This document shows, piece by piece, positions 29,794 through 39,323 of a DNA stretch of 64,000 nucleotides; the first letter of the stretch is position 1, and every line of letters starts with the position of its first letter. Where the stretch lies: NCBI GenBank assembly GCA_963675295.2, contig CAXXKJ010000002.1, forward strand, positions 1,216,001 to 1,280,000, read 5' to 3'. The stretch comes from a bacterium (GTDB lineage Bacteria > Electryoneota > Electryoneia > Electryoneales > Electryoneaceae). The position numbers were made by a program, and so were the translations under genes. The notes under the pieces were generated by a model that was not told the DNA's origin, did not search any database, and saw only the letters and a program-made list of their open reading frames with translations.

Positions 29794-32646
29794 ATGAACG
29801 GAAACGTCTCGTCCAACGGTTGGCATCGGTTGTTGCAGCGTCAATTGCAACACCACTCTCTCAACCTGGCCGTAATCCCTCCTGACGTAATCCAGTTGAT
29901 TGAGACGGTCAACAAAACCTACATGCAGTACGACCTGCAGTTGGATTCCAGCAACGGTGTCCGTGCGGAGGCCCAGCAGGAACTGTTGGCCACCTTGAAC
30001 GGATCCCAGCATACCCTTCCCGAACAGATCGTCGGCCCGGTCGCGTGCATTGGCAACGACTCGTTGGCGACGAAGGGCCACAACGGTGTCAGCGGCCATT
30101 CTGCAAACGATAGCATGGTGGCTCCGCCTTCGAACGGCAATGGGCAGAGTGGCAACGGGCACAAGAGCAACGGGCACAACGGCACCGGCGTCAGCGATGG
30201 CAATGGGAACGGCAGGCATGCGTTGCAGGTTCCTGAGGAAACCGATCCGTGGCTGCGTGCCATCTTTAACTCGCTTGACGAAGCGGTGGTCGTGTTGGAT
30301 CAGAACCTGTTGGTTGCCAATGTCAACGAGGCAGCTGAAAGACTATTCCAGTATTCTCGCGAAGAGCTTTGTGGCAATGATGTATCCCTTGCTTTCCCAT
30401 CAAAGGCTGCTTACGAACAGCTTCGTGATACCCTGCATAACCAGTTGCTGAAGAGTGAATCTGTCACACACCGGATTATGTTCAAACGGCGTGATGGCAG
30501 CGAATTCCCCGCTGAGAATACTGTATCGCGCTTACGGGACCGGGAGGGGAAAGCGCTGGGTGTTGTCTGTGTCATGCATGACCTGACCGAAGCCAGTCGT
30601 CAGGAACGAATCCGCAACATCGCCAGCAACATCTCCGAAGCGGCGTTGCTGCTGGATAGTGTCGAAGAGCTTTGTAAACACATCCACAATCAGATTGGCA
30701 CGTTGCTGGACGCCCGCAACTTCTTCGTCGCACTCTACCATCCGGAACACGGCACCTACACCCTGCCGTACATCGTGGACCAGTTCGACAACGAAGCGTT
30801 CGCCGACGTCGGTGAGATTCGGATGGAACACTCAGTGACGGACTACGTCCGGCGTACGGGTGAACCACAGTTGGTGGATCCGGACCGCTGGGAAGCACTT
30901 GAACAATCGGGCGAGATTCGCTTGATCGGGACGCAATCCTACCACTGGATGGGCGTACCGCTTCGTTCCCGCGAAGGGGTTACCGGTGTTGTCGTGGTGC
31001 AAACGTACGACGAAGCCCAGCGATACACGGACGAACATTTCGATCTGATGATCCGTGTGTCGGAACAGATCGGGCACGCGGTCGAACGGAAGCGCGCGGA
31101 GCAGAACCTCCGCTATAGCGAAGAACGCAACCGAGCGATTCTTAACGCGTTGCCGGACCTGATGTTCGTGTTCGATCGGGATGGAGTTTTCAAGGACTTT
31201 ACGGCGTCAAATCACGATCTGCTGCTGATGCCGCCGGAAGTATTCCTTAACAAGTCAGCGCTTGAGGTGTTGCCGCCCGAGTTAGGGCAGCGGACCATGC
31301 AGGAAATCCAGTCGGTGTTTGAAACCGGAAAGCCGCAGATCTACGAATACTCCTTGGAAATCAAGAATGAGGAGCACTGGTTCGAATGCCGTATGGTGCT
31401 GGCTGCTGAAAACGAAGTGCTGAACATCGTCCGTGACACCACCAGCCAGAAGCGCGCGGAACGTGAGAAGCAGAACATTGAAAACCGGATGCAGCACGCG
31501 CAGAAGCTGGAGAGTCTCGGCGTGTTGGCCGGTGGGATCGCGCACGACTTCAACAACTTGCTGGTCGGCATCATGGGCAACGCGAACCTCGCGTTAACCC
31601 GCATGGCGGAAGAAGACGGCGAACGGCAGCTGGTGGAAAACATTCAGACCGCGGCGATGCGTGCCGCTGACCTGACCCGCCAGATGCTGGCCTACTCGGG
31701 CAAGGGTTCGTTTGTCATCGAACCGCTCGACCTGTCGCAGGCGATCGAGGAAATGGCGCATCTGCTCGAAGTCTCGATCTCGAAGCAGTGCGAGCTGAAG
31801 TATGATTTCGGCGACAACGTTCCGATGGTGCAGGGGGATGCGACGCAGATCCGTCAGGTGGTGATGAACCTGATCACCAACGCCTCCGACGCGATCGGCG
31901 ACAATCCGGGACGGATCATGGTCCGCACCGGCACTACAGTGGTCACCGAGGAATCAGTGCGTGGGATTTACCTCAACAGTGATCTGGAAGTCGGGCCGTA
32001 CTCGTTCGTCGAAATCTCCGACACCGGGGCCGGCATGTCGCAGGAAACGATCAACAAGATGTTCGATCCATTCTTCACGACCAAGTTTACCGGCCGTGGT
32101 CTGGGTCTGGCGGCGGTACTCGGGATCATTCGCAGCCATGGGGGCGCGATCAAGGTCTACAGTGAAGTCGGTAAGGGTACGACCATCCGGGTGCTGCTGC
32201 CAGCCAGTGGTGAGGAGCAGATCGAAGAGTTGAACGACTTGAGCGCTGGTGAGGCTGTGTTTACCGGACCGGCGACGGTGCTGGTTGTGGACGACGACGA
32301 AACCGTCCGTCAGGTCGCGCAGATGATGCTCGAAGGCCAGGGCTTCACCGTGTACACCGCAGAAGACGGGCAAGACGGCATCGACGTTTACCGTGAACAC
32401 AGCGACGAGATCTCACTGGTCATCCTCGACATGACCATGCCGCGGATGGATGGCGAGCAGGCCTTCCAGCATCTGAAGGAACTTGACCCGAACGTACGCG
32501 TGGTTCTGTCGAGTGGGTACAATGAGCAGGAAACGATGTCGCATTTCAACGGCGAAGGCTTGGCTGGATTCATCCAGAAGCCGTATCAGATGCATGAGCT
32601 GATCGGACGTGTCCGGCAGGCCCTGGAGAAGCAGACGGACGGCTAG
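29794..32646 (+). CDS. Hybrid sensor histidine kinase/response regulator (PAS-GAF-PAS-HisKA-HATPase-REC)
   Basis: GGIAHDFNNLL, NLITNASDA, DTGAGM, FDPFFTTK, GRGLGL, VVDDD, LDMTMP, QKPY. Confidence 0.95.
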   Translation: MNGNVSSNGWHRLLQRQLQHHSLNLAVIPPDVIQLIETVNKTYMQYDLQLDSSNGVRAEAQQELLATLNGSQHTLPEQIVGPVACIGNDSLATKGHNGVSGHSANDSMVAPPSNGNGQSGNGHKSNGHNGTGVSDGNGNGRHALQVPEETDPWLRAIFNSLDEAVVVLDQNLLVANVNEAAERLFQYSREELCGNDVSLAFPSKAAYEQLRDTLHNQLLKSESVTHRIMFKRRDGSEFPAENTVSRLRDREGKALGVVCVMHDLTEASRQERIRNIASNISEAALLLDSVEELCKHIHNQIGTLLDARNFFVALYHPEHGTYTLPYIVDQFDNEAFADVGEIRMEHSVTDYVRRTGEPQLVDPDRWEALEQSGEIRLIGTQSYHWMGVPLRSREGVTGVVVVQTYDEAQRYTDEHFDLMIRVSEQIGHAVERKRAEQNLRYSEERNRAILNALPDLMFVFDRDGVFKDFTASNHDLLLMPPEVFLNKSALEVLPPELGQRTMQEIQSVFETGKPQIYEYSLEIKNEEHWFECRMVLAAENEVLNIVRDTTSQKRAEREKQNIENRMQHAQKLESLGVLAGGIAHDFNNLLVGIMGNANLALTRMAEEDGERQLVENIQTAAMRAADLTRQMLAYSGKGSFVIEPLDLSQAIEEMAHLLEVSISKQCELKYDFGDNVPMVQGDATQIRQVVMNLITNASDAIGDNPGRIMVRTGTTVVTEESVRGIYLNSDLEVGPYSFVEISDTGAGMSQETINKMFDPFFTTKFTGRGLGLAAVLGIIRSHGGAIKVYSEVGKGTTIRVLLPASGEEQIEELNDLSAGEAVFTGPATVLVVDDDETVRQVAQMMLEGQGFTVYTAEDGQDGIDVYREHSDEISLVILDMTMPRMDGEQAFQHLKELDPNVRVVLSSGYNEQETMSHFNGEGLAGFIQKPYQMHELIGRVRQALEKQTDG

Positions 32647-32810
32647 GGAACAGGTTTTATCCCATACTTAGCTGGTGTTGGACCCTGTTTGTGCCAGGCT
32701 GAGGGTGGGACGTGACAAGTCAGGATATAGCTGGCAGAGGATTCAGAGCACGCGAAAGCGTCTTCATGCAAGACGCGAAAGTCGCGCTAGCAGCTAACGG
32801 GAAAGCTGCG

Positions 32811-32838
32811 AAGACCCGTCCGCAAGGGCGGGTTTTTC
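32811..32838 (+). terminator. Intrinsic terminator
   Basis: AAGACCCGTCC-GCAA-GGGCGGGTTTTTC. Confidence 0.8.
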
Positions 32839-32864
32839 TGTGTTGGCCGAGGCCGGTTTAGCTT

Positions 32865-32914
32865 CCGCAGCCCGCAGCCCGCAGCCCGCAGCCCACAGCC
32901 CGCAGCCCGCAGCC
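32865..32914. repeat. Heptamer tandem array (CCGCAGC)x7
   Basis: Visible directly; one copy is CCACAGC. Confidence 0.9.
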
Positions 32915-32919
32915 AATTG

Positions 32920-33369
32920 TCACACCAGCCCGATCAGCGTGATGCCGGGGTTGTGGCGTTTGTAATCGTGGTCGGCTTCGAGTTCCGGGTAGCGTTTCAG
33001 GAACCAGCGGCCTTTCTCGCCGTGCAGGTCGAACTCCTCGCCCGCCAGCCAGCCGAGGATCGCGCCCTGTTTCTCCATCTTGCGCAGTGATTGCCGCAGC
33101 TTCGAGCGCAGCACACCGCCCTGTCCGGACGATCCGTACCCGTGGATGACCTTCAGCACACGCGCTTTCGCCTGCCGGGCGGTCTGGATCTCGACACGCA
33201 TTCGTTCGCGCGCGACGTCGGCGGTGGGCATGTCGCCCTTGACGTTCACCTCACGCACCAGCGCCGTGCGCTTCTTGCGTGCGGGACGTGCGCCGCCCAG
33301 CTCCGCGCCGCAGAATTCGCAGCGGGACTTGGAGGAACTGGTCGGATTTCCGCAAACGGGGCAGTCCAT
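32920..33369 (-). CDS. Smr/MutS2-like domain protein with N-terminal zinc ribbon
   Basis: CPVC...CEFC; VLKVIHGYGSSGQGG; NPGIT. Confidence 0.85.
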   Translation of the reverse strand: MDCPVCGNPTSSSKSRCEFCGAELGGARPARKKRTALVREVNVKGDMPTADVARERMRVEIQTARQAKARVLKVIHGYGSSGQGGVLRSKLRQSLRKMEKQGAILGWLAGEEFDLHGEKGRWFLKRYPELEADHDYKRHNPGITLIGLV

Positions 33370-33635
33370 CAAATGCGCTGTGGTTAGATTCGTATTCAGG
33401 CCAGCAAGGCAATCGCCACCCGTTCTCTTCACGACTCGTTCTCTTCACAATACGGGCGACTCTCCCACGACCGCCGTGGAACGGCGGCGCAAGTTAGCGT
33501 GTGGCTTCAGCCACACGGGACTGGGCGACCGCGACCATCTCTTGTAGATGCTACGAGCGTCCTGTAGGGACGCAGCAATTCACGTCCCTTTGACCAATAT
33601 AATGGAAGAATTTCGTCGTGGCGGGATGAAACAAC

Positions 33636-34088
33636 TCAGACGTCAAACTGGCGCAGGTGGTGCTCGAAATGCCGGCCCATGAATTTCGTCCACTGCTGCA
33701 TCGTCAACGGGCCGAACAGGGGGCTGGCGACGGTTCGGTTCGGATTTTCCTTCGCCTCGCGCACGAATTTCTGCATTGTATTCAGCAGCATCCGCCGTTC
33801 CGGTTCGCCCTCATGGGTTTCCGGGAAGAAGTATCCGGGCGATTTCATCCCGCGCGGCCACGGCAACGGCGAGTGCATGATCTTGCCGGACAGCCGTGTG
33901 ATCCACGTACTGCGATCCGGTTCCGGGTAGTCGCCGAGCGCGAGCTCGATGGACCGGCGCAGGTGGGCGAACATCTGGGTCGCGTCCATCCCGCCCCAAA
34001 TCGGGCGACGGTTCAACGGGATCGATTCCACCCGTCGCAGGTAGCGTTCGATGTGATCCACATCCAGCGGTTTGAACCGCACCAGCAT
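33636..34088 (-). CDS. DUF1569 (DinB-like) protein
   Basis: WGGMDATQMFAH, SPLFGPLT..QW, HFEHHLRQF. Confidence 0.85.
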   Translation of the reverse strand: MLVRFKPLDVDHIERYLRRVESIPLNRRPIWGGMDATQMFAHLRRSIELALGDYPEPDRSTWITRLSGKIMHSPLPWPRGMKSPGYFFPETHEGEPERRMLLNTMQKFVREAKENPNRTVASPLFGPLTMQQWTKFMGRHFEHHLRQFDV

Positions 34089-34198
34089 GAAAGGTGTCCT
34101 TCTGCAGTGACCGAATCTCGCCCCGCAATGTACACGCATCACTTTCGCTGACAAAAGTGTTAGGGTTGGCGTAATCGGTCCCCGGCGCCCTCATGGGA

Positions 34199-34443
34199 TG
34201 CCACGACATTCATGTCGTGGAATATCTCACGTCACATGCTGCAGAACCATGTGCCCCTGATGGCTCCGCCAGCAGGGATTGTCCGCCTACAGAAAATCCG
34301 CGTTGTCGGAGCCAAGACGGGCAAGAGTGAACCACTTTTGGATCGTCCGTGTCTGCAAGCGGACACGGGCACTTCCGTCATGTACGACATTCATGTCGTG
34401 GCTACTCAGACTTGGACGTGCCCCAGACATTCATGTCTGGGCC
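34199..34443 (+). repeat. Cluster of REP-like palindromes
   Basis: Three ACATTCATGT-core palindromes plus CCATGTGCCCCTGATGGCTCCGCCAGCAGGG (also at ~41285). Confidence 0.8.
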
Positions 34444-34491
34444 CATCCGTCGACCGTAGCCCTGTGTTCCGCACACCTCACACCTTAACAA

Positions 34492-36354
34492 TCACACCTT
34501 CTTCAGTTCTACCGCAAGTTGCGTCACCAGGTGGTCCAGCCGTCGCACGACCGCCTTGACCGTTTCCGGGTCGTTGAGATCGACGCCGGCGCGTTTCAAG
34601 AGTTCCATCGGGTGGTCGCTGCCGCCGGACTTGAGCAACGTCAGGTAGCGGTCCACGACTTCGGCCTTCTCCGTGTCGCCGGACGCCGACTTCATCGCGT
34701 CGAAGATCGCCGCCGAGGACGCGAAGCTGGTCGCGTACTGGTAGACGTAATACGGGCTGTGGAAGAAATGCGGGATGCGTGCCCAGGTGACGTGATACAA
34801 CTCTTCGTGGTCAATGGCGTCGCCGTACCACTCGGTGAGGATGCCGTGGTAGATGTCGCCTAGTACGTCGCTGGTGATCGGCTGCCCGGCCTCCGCCAGC
34901 TTGTGCGCTTCGAGCTCGTAATTGGCGAACAGAGACTGGGTATAGAACGTTCCGGCGATGGTGTCGATCGCGTGCTGCAGCAGCATGATCCGCTGTTCGG
35001 GTGAGGTAGCGTCCGCCAGCAACTGATCGAGCAGCAAGGCTTCGTTCAATGTGCTCGCGACCTCCGCGACGAAGATCGTGTAGCCGGCGTAGGTGAAGGG
35101 CTGGTTCGCGTCCGACAGCTCGGAGTGCATCGCGTGGCCCATCTCATGGGCGAGGGTGAAGACATCGTCCAGCGTGCCGTTGTAGTTCATCAGGATGTAC
35201 GGGTGCACGCCGTACACACTCGCCATGTACCCGCCGGACCGTTTCCCCTCGGTCTCGTAGACATCCACCCAACGATGCTTGAACGCCTCACGCACATGGT
35301 TCTGGTAGTCCTCGCCGAGATGCGCGACGGAGCTGACAATGTGCTGCGTCGCTTCGTCGAAGGTGTAGCGCGTGTCGTGGTCGATCAGCTGTGCGAAACC
35401 GTCGTAGAGGTAATAGTTGTCGAGGCCGAGGGTCTGCTTGCGCAACTGGTGGTAGCGGCGTAACGGCTTCATCCCGTCTATCGCTGCCTCGACCAGCGTG
35501 TGCACGACTGAGGTCGGGATCGCGTGACGGTGCAATTTGCGTTCGAGCACGCTGCCATACCCACGAGCCCGCGCGTTAAACCAGCCGCGTTGCAGGACGC
35601 CGTTGTAGATCGCGGCGTAGGTGTTGCCGAACTGTTTGTAGAGATTGAAATGAGCCTGGAAGACCGTCTGCCGGTCCTCCTGCTTCGGCAACGTGCGCAG
35701 CAGCGAGGAATAGGTGCCGGGGGTGACACGACGAGTGGACCCGTCCGACAGCTCAACCTCGGGGAAGGTCGCGTCCGCCGTGGTCAGCATGGAATAGGTT
35801 TGCGACGGCGACGCGCCGAATTTCGCCGCCAACGCCAGCAGGTGCTCGCCCTTTTCGTCGAGCACGTGTTCCGCCTGACGGAACAGCTCATCGAGGTGGA
35901 ACTTGTACAACGCGAGGTCGCTGTTTTCCTGCAGCCACTGGTTGACCGTTTCCTGCCCGATCTCGATCAGTTCCGGGTCGAACCACGAGGTCGCCGCCGA
36001 GTACCGCGCGGCGAGGTCTTCGACCTGTTGCCGGCGGGCGTTGATCTCGTTGTTCCGCTGGTCGAGGTCGAACGCCAGCCCCGGGTAGTACCACACCCGG
36101 TCGAACAACCGGCCGGCGTCGTCGGACAGCTTGAGGAATCCAAGCAGTTTCTCGGCGCCCTGGGTGATCGTACCCTGAAACGCGGCCAGCTGGCCGACAA
36201 ATGTCTCCAGCTTTTCCCGGTCCTGCTCCCAACCGGACCAGTCGTCGTAGATGTCGTTCAGGTTCCAGGTGTAACGTGGATCGATCTCACCTCGCGCGCG
36301 TGGACCGCTCTCGATTGCGGGGGACTGGCTGTGGAATGCAACTGGGACTCGCAT
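34492..36354 (-). CDS. pepF: Oligoendopeptidase F (M3B)
   Basis: WNLNDIY, GKRSGGY, HPYILMNY, TLAHEMGHAMHS, FVAEVAS, WARIPHF, YYVYQYAT. Confidence 0.95.
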   Translation of the reverse strand: MRVPVAFHSQSPAIESGPRARGEIDPRYTWNLNDIYDDWSGWEQDREKLETFVGQLAAFQGTITQGAEKLLGFLKLSDDAGRLFDRVWYYPGLAFDLDQRNNEINARRQQVEDLAARYSAATSWFDPELIEIGQETVNQWLQENSDLALYKFHLDELFRQAEHVLDEKGEHLLALAAKFGASPSQTYSMLTTADATFPEVELSDGSTRRVTPGTYSSLLRTLPKQEDRQTVFQAHFNLYKQFGNTYAAIYNGVLQRGWFNARARGYGSVLERKLHRHAIPTSVVHTLVEAAIDGMKPLRRYHQLRKQTLGLDNYYLYDGFAQLIDHDTRYTFDEATQHIVSSVAHLGEDYQNHVREAFKHRWVDVYETEGKRSGGYMASVYGVHPYILMNYNGTLDDVFTLAHEMGHAMHSELSDANQPFTYAGYTIFVAEVASTLNEALLLDQLLADATSPEQRIMLLQHAIDTIAGTFYTQSLFANYELEAHKLAEAGQPITSDVLGDIYHGILTEWYGDAIDHEELYHVTWARIPHFFHSPYYVYQYATSFASSAAIFDAMKSASGDTEKAEVVDRYLTLLKSGGSDHPMELLKRAGVDLNDPETVKAVVRRLDHLVTQLAVELKKV

Positions 36355-36514
36355 GGTCTTTTCCGGTAAGCTGGCTGCCGAATTGTGGCTGTATCTTGTC
36401 GTCACTGCGGTGGCAAGGAGGCTCCCGCGAATCCCGGGAACAAGCCGCCGCCGCGGGAATGCACGGACTCCCGAGGTTTATCGTGCGTCAATCTGACCCT
36501 GACACGAGGCAGCG

Positions 36515-37219
36515 ATGGACTCGTTCCCCTTCACCGTGATCGACCTTACCCACCCGATCGGCCCGGAGACACCCCAGTGGCCGGGCGATCCAGACACCCG
36601 CCGTGAACCGCACGCCGGCCTGCCATCCCACGGCTACGCATTGAACGCGTGGCGGATCGGTGAACACACCGGGACGCATCTCGGCGCGCCGGGGCATCGT
36701 GTCCGGGACGGCGCAACAGTTGACCAGCTGACGGCGGATCAATTGGTCTGTCCGCTGGTGGTGGTCACGGCCGGGTTGCGCGCGGAAGACGGGCTGATGG
36801 TGACGGTCGCGGATCTGCTGGCGTTCGAAACGAAACACGGCGCGATCCCGGCGGGGGCGTGTGTCGCGTTGCATACCGGATGGGACAGGCGTTGGCCGGA
36901 TGCGAACCGGGTGTTCGAGCGCGGTACAGACGGCGGTTTCCTCTGGCCGGGCTGGTCACCGGAGGCGGTGGAGTGGCTGGTGGGTGAACGCAAGGCCGGG
37001 GTGATCGCCACCGACGCGCCCGACATCGGTGCGGGGGATGACAGCGACCTCACGGCCGGGTTGGTCTGCGCCGAACACGGGTTGCTGCATGTGGAAAACC
37101 TGGCGAACCTCGTCCGTGTGTCACCGTGTGGCTCGTTTATCGTCCTCGGCGCTCTGCCGTTTCGAGACGGTTCGGGCAGCCCCGTCCGCGCACTCGGGCT
37201 AACGCCGAACACTCCATAA
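36515..37219 (+). CDS. Cyclase family (kynurenine formamidase-like) protein
   Basis: DLTHPI...WPGDP, EHTGTHLGAPGH, HVENLANL, GSGSPVRA. Confidence 0.88.
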   Translation: MDSFPFTVIDLTHPIGPETPQWPGDPDTRREPHAGLPSHGYALNAWRIGEHTGTHLGAPGHRVRDGATVDQLTADQLVCPLVVVTAGLRAEDGLMVTVADLLAFETKHGAIPAGACVALHTGWDRRWPDANRVFERGTDGGFLWPGWSPEAVEWLVGERKAGVIATDAPDIGAGDDSDLTAGLVCAEHGLLHVENLANLVRVSPCGSFIVLGALPFRDGSGSPVRALGLTPNTP

Positions 37220-37474
37220 ACCACGGAATACACGGAATAAACGGAAAGAAAAACAACATCAAAACCTCTGAGTCCACGAAAGACACGAAAAAAAACGAAA
37301 ATAAAACCTGAAAAAATATTTAAACAAATAATAAGATAGATATAACTGGAAACTAGGTGGTATGGAATTTTAGCATCTAGTAGTTTCTGTTATCTTTTCT
37401 TTCGTCTTTTTTCGTGCCTTTCGCGGTAAGAGAGAGGTGTTTCAGTTTCCGTTTATTCCGTGTATTCCGTGGTT
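37219..37474. mobile_element. AT-rich nested foldback (MITE-like) element with 29-bp perfect terminal inverted repeats
   Basis: AACCACGGAATACACGGAATAAACGGAAA (37219-37247) and its exact reverse complement (37446-37474); inner imperfect IRs; no transposase. Confidence 0.6.
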
Positions 37475-37489
37475 AAGCGTCTGTTGTGT

Positions 37490-37684
37490 AGAGAGAGAAG
37501 CGGCCCGAGGGGGGGACTCGGACCGCGAGGGGATGCCTCATGCGAGGCATATGGCTGGGTTTCCCCAACCAAATCCAGGTACTTGAGTGCCACTTCTGTT
37601 TCATGCATGAGGGGGGACATGCACGAGATGAAGCCAAGAGATTTCAACCATTCTGCGGAGGTCAGGTTGTTCTGAAACACTCAC
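37490..37684 (-). ncRNA. Candidate sigma54-dependent sRNA with C-rich loops
   Basis: Four stable hairpins, loops UCCCCCCU/GAAA/GCAU/UCCCCCC, terminal hairpin followed by a pyrimidine run; sigma54 motif directly upstream. Confidence 0.55.
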
Positions 37685-37694
37685 CCGGATAAGT

Positions 37695-37711
37695 AGCAAC
37701 TAACATGCCAA
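37695..37711 (-). promoter_or_regulatory. sigma54 (-24/-12) promoter
   Basis: TTGGCATGTTAGTTGCT versus consensus YTGGCACG-N4-TTGCW; one mismatch and exact spacing. Confidence 0.7.
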
Positions 37712-37825
37712 AGTTGAGTTTTCGCGTCAATGGTGGGTTCCTGGACCGGGGGGTGGGAAACTTGTCTTGAAAGGATACAATCGCTACGTTTCTCCACCAT
37801 CACAGGGGAGGGGAGGATTCGCGAG

Positions 37826-38890
37826 ATGAAACAGAATCGCAGGGAGTTCATCGGCACCTCTGCCGCGGTTGCGGCGGGGCTGACATTATCGTCCGGCTTG
37901 CCACAGGTTGCGCGGGCGAAAGGCATGACCGAATCCCGCACCGGTCGTGGTCCGATCGCGGTGGCTTCGGGGAACGGGGTCGAGGCGGTGCGTCGCGCGG
38001 TGGAAGGGATGACCTCGGGCGAGGACGCGCTCGACGCTGCCATCGCTGGGGTGAACATCGTCGAAGCTGATCCGGACGACATCACCGTCGGGTACGGCGG
38101 CCTGCCCAATGAACTTGGCGTGGTCGAACTGGACAGCGCGGTGATGCACGGCCCGACGCATCGTGCCGGCGCGGTCGCCAGCATCCGCAACATCATGCAC
38201 CCCTCGAAGGTGGCGAACCTGGTGCGTAAGACCACCGATCACGTGTTGCTGGTTGGCCAGGGCGCGCTCGATTTCGCGAAGATGCACGGCTTCAAGGAAC
38301 AGGATCTGCTCACCGACAAGTCCCGTGAGATCTGGCTGTTGTGGAAGCAGAAGATGTCGGACGCCGACGACTGGCTTCCGCCGCCGAAGGAGGAGGTCGA
38401 TCCGGGCCTGTGGAACATGGTCGAACGTTGGACCGGCACCATCCACCTCAGCGCGCGCGACACCTCGGGCGACATGTCCTGCGTCACCACCACAAGCGGC
38501 CTGTTCTTCAAGATTCCGGGCCGGGTTGGCGACAGCCCGATCATCGGCGCCGGCTTGTACTGCGACAACGACTACGGCACGGCGGGCTCGACCGGACGTG
38601 GCGAGGCCAATCTGCAGAATCTCTGCAGCTACCAGGCGGTGGAGTTCATGCGGCAGGGACTGGGCCCGACCGAAGCCGGGCTCGAGGTGCTGAAACGTGT
38701 CGCGGAAACGACCAAACGCGCCGACCTGCTGGACGAACAGGGCCGGCCCAACTTCGGCCTCAGCTTCTACCTGATCGACAAGCAGGGCCGGTACGGTGCC
38801 GCGACCATGTGGGGACCGTCCGAGTATGCCGTCGCCGACGCCGACGGGGCCCGCAAGGAAGAAGCGGCGTACCTGTTCGAACGCGACTAA
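37826..38890 (+). CDS. Tat-exported N(4)-(beta-N-acetylglucosaminyl)-L-asparaginase-like Ntn hydrolase
   Basis: RREF Tat signal; VGYGGLPN, ELDSAVM, autocleavage G|TI, TTTSG..FKIPGRVGDSPIIGAG, TGRGE. Confidence 0.92.
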   Translation: MKQNRREFIGTSAAVAAGLTLSSGLPQVARAKGMTESRTGRGPIAVASGNGVEAVRRAVEGMTSGEDALDAAIAGVNIVEADPDDITVGYGGLPNELGVVELDSAVMHGPTHRAGAVASIRNIMHPSKVANLVRKTTDHVLLVGQGALDFAKMHGFKEQDLLTDKSREIWLLWKQKMSDADDWLPPPKEEVDPGLWNMVERWTGTIHLSARDTSGDMSCVTTTSGLFFKIPGRVGDSPIIGAGLYCDNDYGTAGSTGRGEANLQNLCSYQAVEFMRQGLGPTEAGLEVLKRVAETTKRADLLDEQGRPNFGLSFYLIDKQGRYGAATMWGPSEYAVADADGARKEEAAYLFERD

Positions 38891-38949
38891 GGGAGGTCTA
38901 GCCGCGATTGACGGAGTGCCAGCGGTACCGTTTGCCCCTGAGACTAGAC

Positions 38950-39323
38950 GTGCCCCAGGCATTCATGTCTGGGGTCATCCGCCAAAATGCTCCGCAACCG
39001 TACGTGCCCCTGTGACCCGCCGGTCAGTTTCGGCGGTTCGCAGGGGTAATTTCATGCTGCACCCCGTTATAAACCAGGGACAGACGGTAGAATTTGTGTG
39101 AAATATGGAACGTAAAAACCACCGTCTGTCCCCGATTAAAACCCCGTTGAGGCGAAGGACGGGTGGTCGATCTGTGGTGATGCCACCCCGTTGGGGTGGG
39201 ACTGGGGCGGAAGGGTTGGGGAACAGGGGGGGGCCGATCCTGTCCCCGGGTTGTCACCCGGAGCTAGTCAGATTCGACCCCTTCGGGGTCTACATCCGAC
39301 ACGTCCTCGGGCTTCAGTCCGGG
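38950..39323. repeat. Cluster of mixed palindromic repeats
   Basis: TGCCCCAGGCATTCATGTCTGGG; GGGACAGACGGT..ACCGTCTGTCCC; CCCCGGGTTGTCACCCGGAGCTAGTCAGATTCGACCCCTTCGGGGTC; CTCGGGCTTCAGTCCGGG. Confidence 0.75.

Noticed and set aside
32735-32840. c-di-GMP-I (GEMM) riboswitch
   Set aside because: Has GAAA loops and GACGC but lacks the GGCAAAC/GCAAAGCC architecture, and no downstream gene on the same strand.
34199-34443. CRISPR array
   Set aside because: Repeats are irregularly spaced, divergent and dispersed across the window; no cas genes.
37453-37680. 75-aa minus-strand ORF
   Set aside because: It would be nearly leaderless, runs through a terminator hairpin into the foldback element and has no recognisable motif; the ncRNA interpretation fits better.
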